This document shows positions 24,707-31,262 of a stretch of DNA of 31,262 nt, one piece after another. Position 1 is the stretch's first letter. Each line of letters opens with the position of its first letter. The notes under the pieces are model-generated. The model saw nothing but the letters and a program-made list of their open reading frames with translations. It was not told the origin of the DNA and did no database searches. Both the position numbers and the translations under genes were made by a program. The DNA is from a virus (Duplodnaviria; Caudoviricetes): the IMG/VR virus record IMGVR_UViG_3300046779_000743, positions 1-31,262 of that record; one strand, given 5' to 3'.

Positions 24707-27700
24707 TGGCCGACCAAACAAGTCCAAACGCAAATAGCGGACGAAGCTACAATTTCCTACCAAGGTTTTATCAATCTGATGCTAACAAGAAATTCTTGCA
24801 AGCAACAGTTGATCAACTAACTCAATCAGGAGCCGTTAAAAAAGTTAACGGTTATATTGGTCGTGAAAATGCTAGAGCAACAACTGGTAATGATATCTTT
24901 TTATCAGCATCTGACACATCGAGAAAAAATTATCAATTAGAGCCTGGTCTAGTAGTAAATGACCAAATCGGAAATACTACATTTTTTAAAGATTACATTG
25001 ATTATATTAATCAATTAAACGTATTCGGTGGTAACACTGCAAATCATGCTCGTGTTAACAAGCAAGAATTTTATTCTTGGGATCCACACATCGATTGGGA
25101 TAAGTTTGTAAACTTCCAGCAATACTACTGGTTGCCGTACGGCCCAGACGTCATTACAATTTCTGGCCAAAGTGATCAAATTTCTAGCGAATATGCAATT
25201 GAAATCGAAGCCGAGGGCGACAGTTATCAATATGTATTTTATCCTAATGGGTTGACTAGAAATCCAACAATTAAGTTATACAGAGGCCAAACTTACAAGT
25301 TTAGAATTTCTAGCGACGGCAATCCATTTGCAATTAAAACAGCAAGGACCGCAGGCAAAGCAGATGTTTACGAAACTAGTACATTAGAAAATAATGAAAT
25401 TGAATCTGGTATCTTAACATTTACTGTACCTTATGATTCACCTGATGTGTTATATTATGTTAGCGAGACTGATGTAGATTTAGGCGGCACATTCCAGATC
25501 GAATCAATCGACGAAAATACTTCTATCGATGTTGACGCAGAAATTATTGGCAAAATTAATTACACATTACCTAATGGAACTCCATTAAGCAATGGTATGA
25601 AAGTTCGATTTATCGGAAAGGTAACTCCTGAATCTTATGCAACTGGTTTCTACTATGTAGAAGGTGTTGGCAAGTCTATCAAATTAATTAACGAATCAAT
25701 TTTAGAAATTGTATCATCATACTCAGATTCCGAGTCTGTATTATTTGATACAATTCCATTTGATAGCATGCCATTTGGTGATGCAACTAGCTTTGCTGGT
25801 ACTAGAGATTATATTGTAATCAACAGAAGCAGTATTGATAGAAATCCATGGAGTAGAAATAACCGTTGGTTCCATAAAGATGTTATTGAACTCAGCGCAG
25901 CTTACAACGGTAAGATTCCTAGCATTAATCAAAATTCAAGAGCAATTCGACCAATTATTGAGTTTGAAGGCAATTTAAAATTATTTAATTTTGGTGTTAG
26001 TGCTATTGCTGATGTTAATTTAATTGACAACTTTACTACTGATGTATTTTCGATTATTGAAGGCAGTTTAGGTTACAATGTTGACGGCATCCAATTGAGT
26101 GATGGTCACCGTGTATTGTTTACTAAAGATAATGATCGTTTAGTAAAAAACAAAATTTACAAAGTTAAATTTATTAATATACAAGGCATTAGACAAATCC
26201 ATCTTGAATTAGAAACAGAGCCAACAGAAGGCGATGTTGTGCTAGTTAAACAAGGTAAAAACAATCAAGGAAAGATGTACTGGTTCGATGGTACATCTTG
26301 GAATTTAGGTCAACAAAAGACTAGCTTAAACCAATCGCCATATTTTGATTTGTTTGATGCTGACGGAAACAGTTATAGCAATACTGATGTATATAACGGT
26401 TCTACATTTGTTGGTACAAAGATATTTTCATATAAACAAGGCACCGGTACAGTTGACCCTAACTTAGGGTTTGCCTTGTCCTACAAGAATATTAACAACA
26501 TTGGAGATATTGTTTTTAACTTTGACATGTTAAAGGACAACTTCCAATACAAAACCCTATCAGATGTTTTAACTAAACAAGTTGACACTGGATTTTTGAA
26601 AAAGACAGAAGTTAACGGAACAACATCGTATGTTAACGGTTGGCAAACTTGTAATTCAACAACTACTCAAGCAGCAGTAAGAATTTACAAAAATACCGGA
26701 AAAGTTAATAATTTTGATTTAGATATATTCAACAATATCAACGACCTAGACGATCTAGTTGTTAAGGTCTACATTAACGGCTTGAGATTAGGTACCGACA
26801 AATGGACTTTAGCTAACGGAGTTGTGTACAAGTACGTTTCGTTATCTAGTGACATTTCTACATCAGATGTTTTAACAATTAAAGCATATGCAAAACAGCC
26901 AATTAACACTAAAGGGTATTATGAAATCCCAGTTAATTTACAAAATAATCCTTTAAACGAGTCTATTACAACATTTACCTTAGGCGAAGTAAGCGACCAT
27001 GTTGGGTCGATTGTTGACAATGTGTCTGAGTTTGTTGGTGAATTCCCAGGCAAAACTAACTTAAGAGATTTAGGAAACGTAACACAATACGGTACAAAAT
27101 TTGTTCAGCATAGTGGTCCAATGAGCTTATCATTGTACCATATTACCTCTGAAACTAATAACATAATTAGAGCAATCGAAAAAGCTCGCGACGAATATAA
27201 CAAGTTTAAAAGGAACTTTTTAATTGTTGCAGAAACACTAGGTATTGATTCTAATGTTATTCATCAAGTTGATTTAATTTTAGAAAAAATTAATAAAGAT
27301 AAACCAAAAACATCTCCTTACTATTTTAGTGATTTAGTTCCTTACGGTGCTAACATTAAAGCAGACTTAGAAGTAGTTGATGGTAGAATTAAAACGTATC
27401 CATTGACTAGAGTTTTTAGTCTTGACGTGCTTTCTCAGAAATCTGTAATTGTGTACTTGAATGGCGACCAATTGCTGCATGGAAGAGATTACAGTTTTAG
27501 CAATCAGGGATTTATTTTAATTACTGATCAAGTTACACTAACTGCTGGCGATGTTATTTCAATATACGAATACGAAAGCACAACCGGTTGTTGTGTTCCC
27601 CCAACACCTACTAAGCTAGGTATCTGGCCTAAGTATGAACCTAAAAAATATCTCGACACTACTTTAATTACACCTCGTGAAATGATTCAAGGTCACGACG

Positions 27701-30700
27701 GTAGTTTAATTTTAGCATACGGTGACTACCGAGACGATTTAATTTTAGAATTAGAAAAGAGAATCTATAATAACATTAAGGTAAAATACGATACTAACAT
27801 CTTTGACATTAACGATGTTATCCCTTCATATTCGAGAACAACTGATTATTCTATTGAAGAATTTAATAGAATTCTAGCTCCAAACTTTTACAAGTGGTTA
27901 CCTTTAGTTGACAGAGATTTTACTAAACCGTTAAGCTACGATCGTACAAATCCGTTTACATTTAATTATAGAGGCCAATCTGCTCCTGATGGTAGGGAAA
28001 CACCGGGATATTGGAGAGGTGTGTACCAGTGGTTACTAGGAACAGATAGACCTAACCTATGCCCGTGGGAGATGCTAGGATTCAGCGAAGAACCAGCTTG
28101 GTGGAAAGATCAATATGGCCCAGCACCTTATACTAGCGACAACATTCCGATGTGGACAGACATATCGGAAGGTAAAATTAAAGAACCTGGCAAGCCGTTT
28201 GTTATTAACAAAAAATTTGTAAGACCTTTCTTGTTAGATCGTTTGCCAGTGACTGAATCTGGTGAAGTGGCAAGCCCGCTTGTTTCTGGACTTGCAGAAG
28301 GTATTATTACAACTACTACCGCTGGCGATTTTACATTCGGTGATGTTAGCCCAATTGAAAGCGCATGGCGTAGAAGTAGTTTCTACCCATTTAGTGTTTT
28401 AATTACTGCACTTATTTTGCAGCCTGCAAAAACATTTGGCCTATTGCTTGACAGATCGAGAATTGTAAGAAACGTAGCAGGTCAAATTGTTTACAAAGAA
28501 ACCGGACTTCGTGTAAAACCAGCTGATGTAGTTTTACCTAGCATTTATTCTAGTTCTACTAATGTAGAAACTGCTGGTATTATTAACTATGTAGTAGATT
28601 ACATTTTAAGCGATAACTTAAAATCATACGAAGCATACAAGTACGACTTGTTAAATATTTCTACAAAGTTAAGCTATCGCATTGGTGCATTTACAAGTAA
28701 AGAAAAATTTAATTTAATTCTCGACAGTAAAACACCGTTAAGTCAAAGCAGTGTATTTGTACCTCAAGAAGATTATTCAATTGTATTAAACAGCTCAAGC
28801 CCAGTTAAGAAAATTTCTTATAGTGCTGTCATTATAACAAAATTGTCAGACGGATACGAAGTTAAGGGATACAGTTTTACAGAGCCGTACTTTAAATACT
28901 ATCCTTGGACACAATCGGGCATTACTGTCAATATTGGTGGTATCTCAGAGTCTTACACATTGTGGTCGGTTGGTTCTCAGTATGCTGCTGGAAAAATTGT
29001 TGAATACAATAGCAGATTTTATAGAGTAACATCGTTACATACAACATCGTCAACTTTTGATCCTAAGTTCTACCAAGCATTGCCTTCACTGCCAGTTATC
29101 GGTGGTAAGAACGCTATCTTTAGAAAAGCATGGGATAGGGCAGAACCAATCACAGTATCGTATGGCACTAAATTTACTACAGTACAAGAGGTAGTTGACT
29201 TCTTACTAGGGTACGGTGAGTACTTAAAGGATCAGGGATTTATTTTCGACGAATTTAATCCAAATCTAGGTGCAGTTACTAACTGGGAAACTAGTGCAAA
29301 AGAGTTCTTATTCTGGACAACACAAAACTGGAGTACTGGTGAAGACAAGTGGAAAGATTGGGTTCCCGAAACTCATATATCAACAGGCGAAATTGTAAGA
29401 TATAACGGTGATTATTACAGAGCAGTAAGAAATATTGACCCAACATCAATATTTGACGAGGAAGACTTTGCTAAACTTGACGGGTTAAGTACCGTAGGAA
29501 GCTCTGTAATTTCTTTAAGCCCAAGCGCATCAAAGATAACATTTGCATCCCCATTAGCAGTTGTTGACGACATTGCTAATCCATTTAACTTATATGAAAT
29601 TTTTAAAGTAGATGGTACTCCTTTAGAGCCTTTATTCTTAAATTCATACAGAGAAGACAATGCAGTTAGTTATACTCCAAGAGACGAGAACGGAATCTTT
29701 GGAGCAGCATTCTATTTAATACAACAAGAGCAAGTTGTTATCATTAACAACACTACTATGTTTAACGACACTATCTATAATCCAGTTAGCGGTTATAGAC
29801 AAGAGCGTATTAAAGTTTCTGGATATACTAGTGTTAACTGGTATGGAGGATTTGATATCCCTGGCTTTATTTTTGATAGAGCTAAGATACAAAGTTGGGA
29901 GCCATGGCAAGATTATGCACTTGGTGACATTGTCAAATACAAAGAATTTTATTATGTTGCACAAAAATTTATTCCAGGATCAGAAACATTTGTTCAGTCT
30001 GAATGGATTAAAGACACTGGTACACCTACACCTAGACTAATTCCAAACTGGAGTTATAAAGCTGGCCAGTTTGCAGACTTTTATAGTTTAGATAGTGACA
30101 ACTTTGATTCGTCGCAGCAGCAACTAGCACAACACTTAGTTGGATATCAAAAGCGCCAATACCTCGATAACATCATTAAAGACGATGTTAGTGAATTTAA
30201 GTTCTATCAAGGTATGATCCAAGAGAAAGGCACACAAAACGTTCTTAACAAATTATTTGATGTCCTAAGTGCAGATAATCAAGAAAGTTTAAAATTCTAT
30301 GAAGAGTGGGCATTGCGTGTCGGACAATACGGTGCAAATGCTGCATTTGAAAATATTGAATTTAGATTAGACGAAGCTCAGTTTAAGACCAACCCACAAG
30401 GAGTTGAATTAGTTCAAACCCCTTCAACTGAAATAACCGATTTTGTTATAAGGTATACACCTAACGATGTGTATTTAAAACCATTAGGTTACAATAATGC
30501 ACCGTGGCCTACCATTAGTAACTTTAAACCTTTCTTAAGAACTCCGGGTTATGTAAGATCTGATGAGGTAAAAACAACACTAACAACTGTTGATCTTTTA
30601 TTACAAGAAGTTGTCACTGATTATGCCGACGGTGATTATATTTGGTGCGGCTTTGAAAAACAAGAGTGGAATGTTTATAGATATACTGATACTGCATACA

Positions 30701-31262
30701 CTTTTGTTTCAGTAGCATACAACCCTTCTAGCAAAATAATAACAATCGATCTTAACAGTGCAGTTAGCTTTGAGGTAGATTCCTATATTGGTATTACTAA
30801 TACCGAATTGTTTGACGGCTTTTATAAAGTATTAACAGTTAACAATAGTGAGTTTACAATTAGTAAAGAAATTGGTAACTGGCCTGATCCTTATGTAATT
30901 CCTGGAACAGCAAGCGTAGCAGTAATTACTAGTCAAAGAACAACAACTATCGACGATGTTGAGGGATTGTTTGCTGGCGAAGTTAAGGCAAATGAACTTG
31001 TATGGACAGATGATAACGGCGCAGGCAAGTGGGCAACTTGGAAACATTCTCCAGTCTACACAAGCACTGAGATTTTTAACTCTATCCCAACAGATGGTCT
31101 ACAATACGGCAGACAAGTACTAATTAACACTGCTGGTAATATTGCTGCAATTTCAAATGCAAATGGCGAGGTTGTAGTCTATGACAAGTCTGCACAATCA
31201 TTGCCTTGGGTTGAAAGACAAACAATTACTGCACCGTTTATTTCTATCTCTGGTTTATTGTT
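24706..31262 (+). CDS. Giant baseplate/structural protein (gp7-position), at least 2185 aa, 3' end outside the window
   Basis: ATG overlaps the gp6 stop (TAATG); begins MADQTSPNANSGRSYNFLPRFYQSDANKKFL. The parts I read are open, and the ORF track lists no stop-terminated ORF in this frame. Confidence 0.88.
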   Translation, partial: MADQTSPNANSGRSYNFLPRFYQSDANKKFLQATVDQLTQSGAVKKVNGYIGRENARATTGNDIFLSASDTSRKNYQLEPGLVVNDQIGNTTFFKDYIDYINQLNVFGGNTANHARVNKQEFYSWDPHIDWDKFVNFQQYYWLPYGPDVITISGQSDQISSEYAIEIEAEGDSYQYVFYPNGLTRNPTIKLYRGQTYKFRISSDGNPFAIKTARTAGKADVYETSTLENNEIESGILTFTVPYDSPDVLYYVSETDVDLGGTFQIESIDENTSIDVDAEIIGKINYTLPNGTPLSNGMKVRFIGKVTPESYATGFYYVEGVGKSIKLINESILEIVSSYSDSESVLFDTIPFDSMPFGDATSFAGTRDYIVINRSSIDRNPWSRNNRWFHKDVIELSAAYNGKIPSINQNSRAIRPIIEFEGNLKLFNFGVSAIADVNLIDNFTTDVFSIIEGSLGYNVDGIQLSDGHRVLFTKDNDRLVKNKIYKVKFINIQGIRQIHLELETEPTEGDVVLVKQGKNNQGKMYWFDGTSWNLGQQKTSLNQSPYFDLFDADGNSYSNTDVYNGSTFVGTKIFSYKQGTGTVDPNLGFALSYKNINNIGDIVFNFDMLKDNFQYKTLSDVLTKQVDTGFLKKTEVNGTTSYVNGWQTCNSTTTQAAVRIYKNTGKVNNFDLDIFNNINDLDDLVVKVYINGLRLGTDKWTLANGVVYKYVSLSSDISTSDVLTIKAYAKQPINTKGYYEIPVNLQNNPLNESITTFTLGEVSDHVGSIVDNVSEFVGEFPGKTNLRDLGNVTQYGTKFVQHSGPMSLSLYHITSETNNIIRAIEKARDEYNKFKRNFLIVAETLGIDSNVIHQVDLILEKINKDKPKTSPYYFSDLVPYGANIKADLEVVDGRIKTYPLTRVFSLDVLSQKSVIVYLNGDQLLHGRDYSFSNQGFILITDQVTLTAGDVISIYEYESTTGCCVPPTPTKLGIWPKYEPKKYLDTTLITPREMIQGHDGSLILAYGDYRDDLILELEKRIYNNIKVKYDTNIFDINDVIPSYSRTTDYSIEEFNRILAPNFYKWLPLVDRDFTKPLSYDRTNPFTFNYRGQSAPDGRETPGYWRGVYQWLLGTDRPNLCPWEMLGFSEEPAWWKDQYGPAPYTSDNIPMWTDISEGKIKEPGKPFVINKKFVRPFLLDRLPVTESGEVASPLVSGLAEGIITTTTAGDFTFGDVSPIESAWRRSSFYPFSVLITALILQPAKTFGLLLDRSRIVRNVAGQIVYKETGLRVKPADVVLPSIYSSSTNVETAGIINYVVDYILSDNLKSYEAYKYDLLNISTKLSYRIGAFTSKEKFNLILDSKTPLSQSSVFVPQEDYSIVLNSSSPVKKISYSAVIITKLSDGYEVKGYSFTEPYFKYYPWTQSGITVNIGGISESYTLWSVGSQYAAGKIVEYNSRFYRVTSLHTTSSTFDPKFYQALPSLPVIGGKNAIFRKAWDRAEPITVSYGTKFTTVQEVVDFLLGYGEYLKDQGFIFDEFNPNLGAVTNWETSAKEFLFWTTQNWSTGEDKWKDWVPETHISTGEIVRYNGDYYRAVRNIDPTSIFDEEDFAKLDGLSTVGSSVISLSPSASKITFASPLAVVDDIANPFNLYEIFKVDGTPLEPLFLNSYREDNAVSYTPRDENGIFGAAFYLIQQEQVVIINNTTMFNDTIYNPVSGYRQERIKVSGYTSVNWYGGFDIPGFIFDRAKIQSWEPWQDYALGDIVKYKEFYYVAQKFIPGSETFVQSEWIKDTGTPTPRLIPNWSYKAGQFADFYSLDSDNFDSSQQQLAQHLVGYQKRQYLDNIIKDDVSEFKFYQGMIQEKGTQNVLNKLFDVLSADNQESLKFYEEWALRVGQYGANAAFENIEFRLDEAQFKTNPQGVELVQTPSTEITDFVIRYTPNDVYLKPLGYNNAPWPTISNFKPFLRTPGYVRSDEVKTTLTTVDLLLQEVVTDYADGDYIWCGFEKQEWNVYRYTDTAYTFVSVAYNPSSKIITIDLNSAVSFEVDSYIGITNTELFDGFYKVLTVNNSEFTISKEIGNWPDPYVIPGTASVAVITSQRTTTIDDVEGLFAGEVKANELVWTDDNGAGKWATWKHSPVYTSTEIFNSIPTDGLQYGRQVLINTAGNIAAISNANGEVVVYDKSAQSLPWVERQTITAPFISISGLL

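Noticed and set aside
25015-31047. Short ORFs listed in the track beyond 24706
   Set aside because: All lie inside the giant plus-strand reading frame.
1-31262. Stop-codon reassignment (no called gene ends in TAG)
   Set aside because: Genes are full length and tightly packed under the standard code, with no in-frame TAG or TGA interruptions; low TAG use is common. No tRNA genes, CRISPR arrays or transposases were seen.

Overview
This window comes from a distant T4-like myovirus (large dsDNA phage genome). The left part, mostly on the minus strand, holds the head module (gp23 major capsid, gp22-like scaffold, gp21 protease, an acidic core-like protein, gp20 portal) and a tape-measure-like gene. 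A divergent gp26-like tail/hub assembly gene follows on the plus strand. Next is a minus-strand block: gp55-like late sigma factor, gp47/gp46 (Mre11/Rad50), a TagD-like cytidylyltransferase, an Hc1-like protein and a GIY-YIG nuclease. From 15864 the plus strand encodes the baseplate module (tube-initiator-like, gp53-like, hub, gp5-like spike, gp25, gp6) and a giant open frame of at least 2185 codons that runs off the window and is absent from the ORF track. T4-type late promoter motifs (TAAATA core) precede most transcription units. Two signals stand out. (1) A well-formed programmed -1 frameshift signal (U UUU UUC plus a 13-bp stem) at the end of the gp26-like gene extends it by 77 codons, like the lambda G/GT tail chaperones. 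(2) About 390 nt of densely structured non-coding sequence starts directly after the GIY-YIG stop codon; it looks like a large minus-strand ncRNA that I cannot assign to a family, and it is followed by a cluster of GNA/GAAA DNA mini-hairpins. All protein calls rest on motif recognition and synteny, not on database searches.
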